A stretch of 63,601 bases of DNA, the filler included, from Choristocarpus tenellus KU-1152 (taxonomy: Eukaryota > Protista > Phaeophyceae): the NCBI GenBank assembly GCA_964200185.2. It is 12 parts of 12 records of this genome, joined end to end, with 100 filler letters (N's around TTAATTAATTAA, not from the genome) between each part and the next. Parts side by side here need not be neighbours in the genome. Positions count along the whole stretch, not along the records: positions 1 to 5,648 come from CAXNAD020010144.1; positions 5,749 to 9,367 come from CAXNAD020018916.1; positions 9,468 to 14,050 come from CAXNAD020013914.1; 9 more parts are not named here. The stretch is one strand, 5' to 3'. The position numbers and the translations under genes are program-made. The notes beneath the pieces were generated by a model. The model was given only the letters and a program-made list of their open reading frames with translations. It searched no databases and was not told the DNA's origin. Below, in pieces: positions 1-10,313 of this stretch; the first letter of the stretch is position 1; the number at the start of each line of letters is the position of its first letter.

Positions 1-875
1 GATGATCAGTGGATGCGAGTGACCGTGACCAAGTACACCAGCCCCACTACACACGGTCTAAGTTTGTGGAAAGCGAGTCAGCCACCCCCACAAGGTCAAA
101 CAGGAGAATGGCGACTTGCGAAACATGCAGCTCCTTGTCCAACACTACAACAACCACTACAACACCATTGTCCAAGACCCTCCTAAACGGGCCTGGTTCT
201 GGGTATTACACAGTCCTACACAACCACCATATTGACTACAGACATATGGATTTGAGAAGCAACATTGGCCAATATATGTTCGTGACTCACCCTCCACTTC
301 GCCAGTCAGACTCATGCCTCCACGGACATGTTATGATGATGGAGACATGGATCATACGTTCCATATAAAACAACGGACTTATATCGATGTAATATATATA
401 TATAATCTGAATTTATTCAGCTCCCAAACAGTCTGTGTTTAGAGACGTGTCCTCCTATACATATGTTCATTGGACCGGTATGGCAACCAAAATTTCGTCT
501 CCATTACATCATTGTTCTGCCACCTTTCTCTAATACTTTTCCTGCAATGCCAACCCTATCCTTTTCCCTCCCCCCTCTTCTTTGCGCTGTTAGAGGAACA
601 TATAGAGAAATTGGCAGAAACCCTACCCGGGGTAGGTCCACGCACAAACATCTCGCACTCCACTCTCCACCATCTTCAGCACAAGTCGAAATTTTCAATA
701 ACATCCTCCGCCCAAACCAAGCGGCGGCAACCAGGCAGACTCCGGGCTTTGAACCCAAAGGGGAACTTTCCTGAGCCATCATCACAACATAGCCAACACC
801 CACTCAAGCGCCACGCGTACATATATCCTTAATAATATATTTTAGGCCGAAATATATCTTACAAGGACGGTGACC

Positions 876-1086
876 GGGTCCAAGTACCGTGGGGTATGGT
901 GGTTGGGGAAGGTGCGTCCGTTTTCGATCCGGACGACGAAGTACTACAAAATGATGGGAATTGCTATCTTCAGTCCACCTCTCTCCACGACTGAAGACAG
1001 CAATTCCGATGAATTTTGAGTACTTTGTCCGGACAGAAACGGACGCCCCCTCACAAAACACACTCCCCCCTAAGATACTTTGGCCC
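876..1086. mobile_element. Foldback (near-fully palindromic) MITE, ~211 bp, related to family C
   Basis: Left arm gggtccaagta..gcgtccgtttt..tccggac..aagtact..caaaat..ggaattgct.tcttcagt pairs with right arm actgaaga.agcaattcc..attttg.agtactt..gtccgga..aaacggacgc..atactttggccc. No clear TSD. Confidence 0.75.
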
Positions 1087-1202
1087 CAAATTTTAATACT
1101 ATGCACCTCAGTTGTTGTGACCAGATAGGGTCAGTGTACACAATGCTTTGATGCAGTGGTAGAATGTGAACTACCCTCTCTTGCCTTGTCAGGGAGTACA
1201 GA

Positions 1203-1464
1203 GAGTCGAAGCAAACGAGAGGTACCCATGTTTTAGTCGTTTTGCACTTCAAGCCAACCTTTATCATATGTTCATATTATTCACCCTTATTTCTATGGAT
1301 GAAATGCTAATATCGACTTGATAGTGTTGATTTCTCTGTTGTTTACAATTTTTCGACAAATTATGCAACTTCATACATGCACTTGTACAAGAACACGAAT
1401 TTTGGGCATTTTTTTGTCAACTTCTTGAAAGGCGATACTGGGTACCTCTCGTTTAGTTTGACTC
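1203..1464. mobile_element. MITE family E (~260 bp), GAG...CTC termini
   Basis: TIRs gagtcgaagcaaacgagaggtaccca / tgggtacctctcgtttagtttgactc, flanked by aga/aga. Related ends at 6927-6959, 38937-39192 and 53946-54206. Confidence 0.8.
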
Positions 1465-1899
1465 AGATTTGTAGGTGAGTGCAGAGATAATTACTTCAAA
1501 GTGCATAGTTTTGCGAATACATAGCTCATGAGTAATTGCAAGAAATCTCCATCCAAGTAAGCACGGTTCGTGTTCTTGAGACATGCAGAGTACAAAGCTC
1601 AATGCACAGTGGAGGTGGGGTAGGAGAACATCGACTCTGCATGCCTATCTCTCAATGTTGTATCTCTATTCATATTTACTGCGCAGTTCATATTAAATCT
1701 CAGTGATGTTTTAAGTTATCGTACGTACGACAGCAAGATCCAAGTATATCTTATTATCGCACCTGTTACTCCACCCTTCATGCATTTGCTAGGATCGATA
1801 TCATTTAGAGTCATATTCACAACGACAAGTGATAGAACCGAAGGTAAATATTGATAATAACCATAACAATGGCAGAACAAGGGAGGGAAAGCTCCTCGC

Positions 1900-2792
1900 T
1901 AGTCCTGGTCAACCACTGGAGTCAGTGTCGGCAAGAGGCAAATGCATGGGCTTCCACACACACAACCCCTGGAAACAGCTTGCCAGATCCCTCCCATAGA
2001 GTTTAGACTCATTGTTAGCAGATCCCTAGGGAGAGAGGAGAGCCTACCCAACAGGTGCCCGGTGACTGGGTGCAGGAGGCATATTGTGGACACTAGACAT
2101 GCTCATACTTTCCCTAGGGCAGGAGAATAGGAACTTCAACACACACCGACGGTCAAGCGCCTAGGACCACTCTTCAAGGGAATGGGTATCCCTTGCACCA
2201 TGGAGGACGGTAGCCCATCTACAGTGGACCGAAATCTCTGCATGGATCTGGTCTTCCGTGCTGGGGCACTTGTGGATGCCGGATATCAGCTCCCTACCGG
2301 TACGAAGGCCTCTTGCTAGATGTTACGTTTGCAGAAGTGCAACCAGGCTCTCACCTTCCACACTCTTCCACCAGCAAAGGTGTAGGTGCTGCTGCAGCTG
2401 AGGCACGAACGTGCACCCACTACAAGGGTTCCTTTGACCCTCATAGTTATAACCTCAACACCTTCGTGGTGGAAGGTTTTGGGCGGCTCAGTAAGCAAGT
2501 GGAAAGGTTTCTGGATGAGTCGACTACACACGTGGTAGGGGATAGAGGACCCGGAGGCTGCAGCAGGGAAGGAGCTATCAAATCCCGTTTATGGTAGATG
2601 GTGTTTGTCAGGACATGGGTGGCTCTATCAAGACGTATCATGCGTTTTAAGCTGGAGACACCAGAGAGATGGGCAAGGTGGGGCCTGTCAGATTCTTGGG
2701 GTGCTTCCCTAGCTCTTTGCCCTGTGGTGTAGGGCCAAGCTAGGTTGGACGCACAGGAGGGGAGCGATGTAGCATAGCTGGTAGTAAAATAG
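1900..2792 (+). mobile_element. 5'-truncated CRE-like (RLE-type) non-LTR retrotransposon, degenerate C-terminal zinc finger plus restriction-like endonuclease
   Basis: Frameshifted peptide CPVTGC..DTRHAH, then DRNLCMDLVF..LLLDVTFAEVQ..HYKGSFDPHSYNLNTFVVEGFGRLSKQ, which fits a zinc finger followed by a PD-(D/E)xK-type RLE domain. Multiple copies in the window; 3' tail found again at ~5001-5040. Confidence 0.72.
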
Positions 2793-3099
2793 TACTACCT
2801 CTGTGCCATAAGTTTGTGCCGCGAAACATCTGGACTCGCCGAGCGAGAACGGCGCCGAATCGGACGATAACCCCACTGGATGAAATTGGGTTGATAATCT
2901 TAGCATTCTGAAGAGGTGAGGGTCGAGGATCATCAGGTACAAAATCGAGGTGCTTCAACCCGTCAAAATAGGGGTCTTTTGGGGTGATTTTGAGACCGAA
3001 CTGGGCAAGTTGAGGGTCAGAGCGTCGGCATAGCAACCCCCTCGTCGACCCCCCCGCGTAGGAAGGGTGCCCAAGTGTCCCTGAATACCTGGGTTGCGC

Positions 3100-4684
3100 T
3101 TGCAGTGCGGCATACCCTCGCGATGGTCCCTGGTGAGCATAAACGGCCATGATAAGTTGGGCGAGCCCTCGGAGTGGAGTTTGGAGTGTCCGAGTGTTAC
3201 ATGCAAGGGCTCTGGGAGGATGTCACCGATCAGCTCGTCTGTGGCCACACGCTTGACCTAGGGGTGGCGGCACGTAGTCGGCGGCCTTCAAAGCTCTCAC
3301 CGACCAAGATGGCTGCAATACATGGTATCAAGTCCGATAATTGGTCATCCACATTGTGTCAGGTGACAATGAAGATGGCTGTCAAGGGGCTGAATTATAG
3401 CACGAGCACCATAAAGAGGTGGCTGGATGATATTGGGGCATGCTGAATCGCCGCTGGATCAAACCCAAGCTTAAATCGTAGCAAAAGGTATGGAGAATAG
3501 ACTTTGTTTGCGATCAAGTGGACTGGAAATTTGATGTGTACATCTCCATGGCGAACACGATCCATGTGTGGGTGAAACTTGGTTTTACGTGATGGCTGAT
3601 GAGGAAAGGGTTAGGGTATTTCCGCATGAGGATGATAGCAACCTTCCAGGGTCCCCTACTGTGCAGCACTAGAGTCATATCCCCCAAACCATGATGATTG
3701 CAGCCAACACTCGCCCATACTCGGCTCGCAGCTTTGATGGAAAGCTTGGTGTTTGACATGTATGTGCGCCAAAAACGGCAGGCAGGACAAGCAAGAACCA
3801 TAAAAAGGAGGATCTGTATAGGCAGGATTGTACTTTTAGACCATTTGTGGTAGAAGAAGTGGTACACTGAGGAGTTTCTGCCTGCAATCAAGACCAAGAT
3901 GGCTTGGTTGCAAGGGAAGCACGTTGTCGTTCAGCAAGACGGTGCCATCCCCCACACGGGCAAGGGCAACTCAGAAATCTTGTCAGGGACAGGGAAGACT
4001 GAGGGGTGGTCGATTAGGCTTGTGACGCAGCCATCTAACTCCCCCGACCTCAATATCATAGACCTGTGCTTCTTCAGGTCTTTGAAACGTGGGGTGATGG
4101 GGGAGCGGTTTGGGTCCACCAAGGAGATGGTGAAGGCCATTAAGAAACAGTATGGGGAGTACGATGAAACCACTTTTGAGAGGGCGTGGCATGTTAAGCT
4201 GTTCTTGATGATCTGTTGTCCCACACAAACAGATATATTTTTGTTTATTAGCTTTTATCACAGTTGAGAAGAGAGTGAAATACCGTCACTAGGTGGGGCT
4301 CACAAATCCTTACATTAAATGAGTCAGAATACCAAATGACTCAACAGTTCTCTAGTACACGTCTGAAACACTCCGACTCTAACAGTCCGCCAATTACTTC
4401 TGGTCAAATACCCCGCCTAAATATCCAGAATGTCCCACATTATTGTCTGTGCGTACATATACTTCAAATCATATTCTCACAAATGTTCAAGTATAATCTT
4501 GACATGGCAGCTCCTTTTTGTGGTGTACAATCAAGTACTTCGATACAAAGGAGGGAATGACTTCAGTGTGAAGCAAACAGGGGTAAGGAAGAGGCAGTTG
4601 TCTGGTGAGCTTGAAAACACGCCGAAGGCAGACATGGAGACTTTTTCTGTGGCTTATAAAATTCTGATAAATGGGGAGCAATGA
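3100..4684 (+). pseudogene. Mariner-like DDD transposase pseudogene (frameshifts, stops, LTR insertion); 5' boundary approximate
   Basis: Motifs ETWFYV, TMMIAANTRP, FDGKLG, QQDGAIPH, QPSNSPDLNIIDLCFF and ERAW, resuming after the insertion as QLLFVVYNQVLRYKGGNDF. Confidence 0.88.
4192..4504. mobile_element. Solo LTR (313 bp) inserted in the mariner transposase
   Basis: TGTTAAG...CTTGACA ends, 5-bp TSD TGGCA (4187-4191, 4505-4509), second copy starting at 14469. Removing it restores the ERAWQLLF reading. Confidence 0.9.
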
Positions 4685-5503
4685 TACTAAAAGGAGCTGA
4701 CTCTAACCAGAAATTTGTCAAGGATTCCAAATCTCCTTTCAGAAATGAATTTCATCATCTTCAAAAGTAATGGAAAACGTGGCACAGACTTATGGCACAG
4801 AGGTTGTATTATTCAATCATCATCTGTTTCTGTTTCGTTGTGGTATGGAGATTTTTTTTTCTGCATTGGTGAATCCAGATGTAATGTTGTTTCCTTCCAT
4901 TCTTGTGAACCTCGTGTAAGTACCCGTCAACTACACAAGTGAACTTGCCGTTATATGATATTTCACAACATCAATTGTTACGACAAAAGTGCAAAATGCT
5001 TTTCCGTGACACATCTGGAAAATGTCAGAGCATAAAAAAATGTAAAATTGCACATTGTTAGAGGGTATGATAATATGTAAAATTGCAGAATGTTCCTTAC
5101 TCCGTTCGGAATTAAGTGTAACATAACTTCTGTATGCTCCATTCTCGCTTGGGAACGACCCACCTGCTAAACCCTCTAGACGAGAACTAGTTCTCATATA
5201 GATTGGGAGATGTGGAAAGTTTGAGATGGTGGGCTGTGTCATGAATGTTGAGGATCACCAGTACAAAGTCAACCAAGCTGCATTTTATGGGGTTCAAAAA
5301 GCTCGCAAAGCTGTGAAAGCAGGTGTTTCATTGCGGTGTCTAGGATGAAGACCACCCATCGTCCAAGTTCGCTCATCCTGTCGTCTCCCATCGCTCCCAA
5401 TTCTTCTGAAGAATTGTAATTTTATTACAGAAAATTATTTTGTTTTGCTCACAAATTCTGGATTATTATTATTATTTTATTCTATGTTTGTATTCCGCCC
5501 ATT

Positions 5504-5648
5504 GGCTCAAAGTATCTGGGGAGGGGTGGCGGCTGTCCATTTGGGGTCATTTTTTTCATGTCGTGATATTTGGGTGCCTCATATTTGGTTGCATACGTCC
5601 GATGGATAATATAAATGCACTTTTCCTGATTTTTGTCCAAATGGACAC
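5504..5648 (+). mobile_element. MITE family B, truncated by contig end
   Basis: Starts ggctcaaagtatctggggaggggtggcggctgtccattt and matches the complete copies at 37878 and 39733. Confidence 0.88.
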
Positions 5649-5748
5649 NNNNNNNNNNNNNNNNNNNNNNNNNNNNNNNNNNNNNNNNNNNNTTAATTAA
5701 TTAANNNNNNNNNNNNNNNNNNNNNNNNNNNNNNNNNNNNNNNNNNNN
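5649..5748. other. Artificial contig linker N44-TTAATTAATTAA-N44 (first of 11)
   Basis: Identical 100-bp spacer with stops in all six frames. Other copies: 9368-9467, 14051-14150, 17612-17711, 24473-24572, 30734-30833, 42565-42664, 46401-46500, 49927-50026, 56438-56537, 60729-60828. Confidence 0.98.
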
Positions 5749-6008
5749 ATTCCTGTGAGGGCATGCACCACGAGGATTTGGGAAAGTTCACAGACAGGCC
5801 GTATTGCTTGAGTCTGGTAAGAAGGAGGTGAAGTTTGGTCATGTGTTCATCAAATGATGAGCTATAGCAAAAAAGATCGTCTAGCCAGTTTTCTGCACCC
5901 TCTCCTTTGAGATCTCCTAATGCCTCTCTCATGTAGCTAGAGAATACTGCAGGTAAGATTTTCAACCCAAAGCCACACCTGTTATATTCGCGCTATTCGC
6001 CTGTAACA
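5749..6008 (-). mobile_element. Ty3/Gypsy reverse transcriptase fragment (WLDD motif)
   Basis: EYNRCGFGLKILPAVFSSYM..NWLDDLFCYSSSFDEHM..LKQYGLSVNFPKS matches the Gypsy RT palm region. Confidence 0.85.
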
Positions 6009-6219
6009 ATTATGCCCAACATGTCTCAGTCTCATCTCTGGTGATTCTCATCACCCCCCATCACACAGAACCAAGCTCCATAACACTACTAGTACTTCTA
6101 CTTCTACTTCTACTAATACTAACACTAACACTAATAGGAATAATAATAATACCAAAAATAATGTTGATGAGGATCATGATCATAACTATGATGATGATGA
6201 TGATGATGATGATAATGAC

Positions 6220-6818
6220 AATATTACGTTTCCAGAAGTGTAGGGAGCATCTCACCTACCACGCTCATCTACCAGTAATGGTGCAGCTGCTGCTGCAGTG
6301 GAGGTGTGAAAGCGCACCCACTACAAGGGATATTTTGACCGCGTAGTTATAACCTCAATACCTTGGTGGTGGAAAGTTTTGGGCGCCTCGGTAAGCAAGT
6401 GGAAAGTTTTCTGGATGATTTAGCTATGTACGTGGTAGGGGGGAGAGATGGACAAGAGGCTACAGGAGGAAAGGGGCTGTCAGATCCTGTCTATGACAGA
6501 TGGTCTCTGTCACAGGTAGCCCTATCTAGACGTGTCATGCGTTTTTAGCTGGAGACACCAGGGAGATGGGCAAGAAGGGGCTTGTTAGATTCTTGGGATG
6601 CTTCCCTACCTCCTCACGCTGGGGTCCAGGACTAATCTAAGTTGGAAGCACAGGAGGGTAGAGGTGTAGCATAGTTGATAGTAAAATAATATATAGATGA
6701 ATGAATGTCTTTCACATTTACGACAACTATTACTTTTTAGGAGTGTTACGCTGACATTTGAATGGTTTTCATTGATTTTTCCCCTGACACATCTGCACAA
6801 TGTTAGACGACATAATAT
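6220..6818 (+). mobile_element. CRE-like retroposon 3' fragment (copy 2)
   Basis: Collinear with 2330-2790 (VVESFGRLGKQ..QVALSRRVMRF) and ends in the ctgacacatctgcacaatgttag..cataat tail. Confidence 0.85.
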
Positions 6819-9467
6819 ATCCATGGTGATGATGATAATGATAATGATGATGAAAATGATCACGATCCTACATGCATTTATGAAAAAAGTCAAATTTTGG
6901 ACGTAATTTGTTAGCATCCTCAAAATGCAACTCTGGGTACCCTCTCATTACTTCGACTCAGTTCTCTAAACATCAACACCTTCCATAGTCGTTCATCCCC
7001 AACTTATCATCAACAATATTTTATTATTATGCCCTCTGACATTTTGCTGATGTGTCAGGGGGAAACCAATGAAAACTATATACATATATGTATATAAAAC
7101 CATATCTACTTACCGTTTTTTTTTATGCACTTGAAATTTGATCATTCCCCATCTCATGATCCACTATAAAAACACAATAATTATGAAGCGTATCTCTTCC
7201 TGCATATGCGCGCGATCGTGGGAATGATTGAAAATGTATAACGGACTTTTTGGACAGAGAGATGGACAGGTTACAAAGCACTCTCAAACCTCTCAAAGAC
7301 CTCTTCAATGTCGAGCCCCGTCACCAGGAAGCCTGCATTGGGTCTGGCCGAATCGCACAATATTCAACCTGACGAGGTGAGCGATACTGCAAATGTTGAC
7401 GTAGCATCTAGTGATCCTCATTCCTCATGGCAAACTGGACGTCTGATCTTCTATCCTGCTTATCCTAAGGTTTTGGAGAGGATCAAGCGTCCACCTGATA
7501 CAAAGTCAAGCGAAAATTCATCATACCCAGGTATTGAAGCGAAGGCTAAGTTTGCGACGTTGCTTGATCCCTTCAAAGTAGCTGTGTTTTCAAGTTGCAC
7601 TGGTATACGCAACGTGATACGGCAGGGGGTGATGACACAATTCAGGGACGCACAACTGTAATCGAGGACACTCCTGCCCCGGGACAAGATGAGGACCTCG
7701 AGGCTATGTCAATAGCTTTGGCGAGGACGTTGCTGGAGGACGAGGTGACTTCACATTCAAGACGTCGCAGAGATGTGGATCTACGTAGTCAGTCACAAAC
7801 TGAACCTTATCCTGCAACAACCTGGTAGTTGTGTATGGTATCTGATCAAATGATAATCTATAGAAAGACTGTTTTTATACAGTCGATGAACAAGTTCCAA
7901 TATCACTGCCTAAATGCGACGACAATGTGGCACTTTCGTTCCGAGACATAGTTCACCCCAACTCTTCATTAGCCACCGGAAGACACAGCCAAACATAGAT
8001 TGCCCCATGTTGTAGGCCATAGCATCGTATGAAGCAGCTGTAGGAATTTTACTCGGTGGCGAAACAGACCATTGCGTGTCTGCGGAGGACATGGCTGCGA
8101 TGCAGGCTGTCATAGCCGAGGACAACAATACCTCCAATACCTTGGCTATGGCGGAGGACGAGTCTCTGGACTACGATGTGAGTAGAAAGTGCCTGCAACC
8201 ATCGAATCGAAGTACAGAGTACCTATATGTTACTTATGTCCTAGTTGAATCCCCACAGCTTGCTTGTGTGTGCACAGTGTAGCAGCATTAGTGTCTCGAT
8301 ATTTTCAATTTGTGCAATGGAGCATTTTTTCGCAGCCTTCCACATCCCGTCGCGCATCCTCAACTGCCTTGCGTGGATAGTTTTCAATATTGACGACAGG
8401 AAAATGGGATTGCACACTACCACTCTCTGCAGCATCTTGGTAAGTTATCACTGCTTTGCCACCATTTACCTAGTGGTGTTGTGCCAATACATTTTATTGA
8501 TGCAATTATCTGAAAGCTGAAGACCTTTGCAGATGTTCACTTCGGATCCTGTATCAACTCACCTCCCGTTGTGACAAATGCTATGCAATTGCACTTGTGC
8601 AAACAAATGTTAATGTAGCCCTTCCCTCGTAGTTGTCAAAAATTGTTTGTATGTGTGTATGTACTAATGAACTTCTTCCACAATATAGGGAATGCTGGAG
8701 TTGGGAGACGCAATAGGAGACGTCAAGGCAGAAAGATGGCAACTAAGGTGTCCACCCTCTGCTGTGGTAGAATAGGAGTGTGAGGGAGAACAAAATTGTT
8801 GACAACATTCAAAGTATTTTGTGTCACTCATTTGATATTGCTTAGCTCCCTTGCTTCTGGCAAGACAATGCAAGTTTTCTGCAACAAGTCTAGGTCTAAA
8901 TTCAGCACTTGCATTCTCTGATATCACCCCTGTCTCCCCCTCAACGTATCCTCCTTCATCCAAGGTGCAAGGCTGTGATAGAATCATTGCCAAAACACGT
9001 TCACAAAGAAGGACCAGAAGTCACAACTGAGGCCGGGGTTGGGGAGGGTGGAGCTGGGGGTGATAAAACGTGTGAAGATCGGTGAGTACTGGCAGTTTTT
9101 GCCTCTTCTGTTTTATGTATGTTCTCCATGAATGGGGTGATAAACTCAGGATTTGAAAAAACGACTCTGATGATTGATCCTTACAATGCAACCTAAATCC
9201 AAGGCAACATTAGGGAACAAAACAGCGATTATTCACTATCAGATCATGCATAGGGCCTGAGCTACAGTCCTGTTCTTTAAACTGATGAGAACGGTGCCAT
9301 CCCCCCCCCCTCCCTCCCAGCCCACCCACATATAAAGTTCCCCAGAGCACTCTGGTAACATCAGCACNNNNNNNNNNNNNNNNNNNNNNNNNNNNNNNNN
9401 NNNNNNNNNNNTTAATTAATTAANNNNNNNNNNNNNNNNNNNNNNNNNNNNNNNNNNNNNNNNNNNN

Positions 9468-10271
9468 CCCCCCGTAAGACCTGAGTGGCCACATCAGTTG
9501 CAATCTTGCTCAAAAAGACAAGACCCGAGTCCTGCATGGTTGGGAAAGGTACACAGGCAAGCAGGCACGAAGGCACGCAGGCACGCACACACATCAAGAA
9601 AATAGAAAATAAATATATCAAGGCTCAGAAATGATGGCAAGATCGAGCTTGTGCGCGCTTCCTATTAGTTCACTACGATAAACAAACATTAAGATAAACA
9701 TTAAGATTAAAAAAAATAAATGATGTAGATAGTTCAATTGGCATCAAAATACTGCTTTTCTCGCATCTGTTCCCTAACCCTAACCCCTTTCAATCCTACT
9801 CCTCACTATTTATAACGTAGATAATAATTTAAATAATTTAAATAACAATAATAATAATAATAATAATAATAATACCAATAATCTTGACACCACTTGTAGA
9901 GTCATTCCAATAAGGATGAAATATTCTCACACGAACAAAAATAAAAACTATTGCAGAGGTTGAGAACAAAGACAAATGCATCGGTATTGTCCTCCTCCCT
10001 CCCCTCCCCTCCCCTCCCCTCTCTCTCCTCCAAAACAACTGTTGACAGGTACAAAACAAGTACATACAAGAACACTGTTGACAGGTGGCATTGGTCACAA
10101 CCAAACCCGAACCCCGACAACACCCAACTAAGTACCACAGTACCACAGTACCCCACAGGGTTTACGGTCGCTCTTGTAGCACTGTCCACTACCATCTAGT
10201 CACACACACATGACACACACACACATTAGTTGTACACACACACACACACATGACACACACACACATTAGTT

Positions 10272-10313
<42 letters not shown>

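Larger units (their letters stand above)
2795..4806 (+). mobile_element. Full-length Tc1/mariner element of the plant-mariner (Stowaway-mobilising) type
   Basis: 26-bp TIRs ctacctctgtgccataagtttgtgcc / ggcacagacttatggcacagaggttg (24/26), TA on both sides (2793-2794, 4807-4808), terminus resembles Stowaway CTCCCTCCGT, internal transposase. Confidence 0.92.

Noticed and set aside
5693-5704. TTAATTAATTAA as a biological motif
   Set aside because: It is part of the synthetic linker, identical in all 11 gaps.
6041-6346. ORFs with poly-L/I/M/Y/HT runs (also 18673-19060, 42613-42846, 53812-53997)
   Set aside because: These are translations of microsatellites.
7200-8500. Possible DNA-transposon coding relic (LLDPF; also RTSSRLEG near 5180 on the minus strand)
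   Set aside because: The motifs are too short to assign a family without a profile search.
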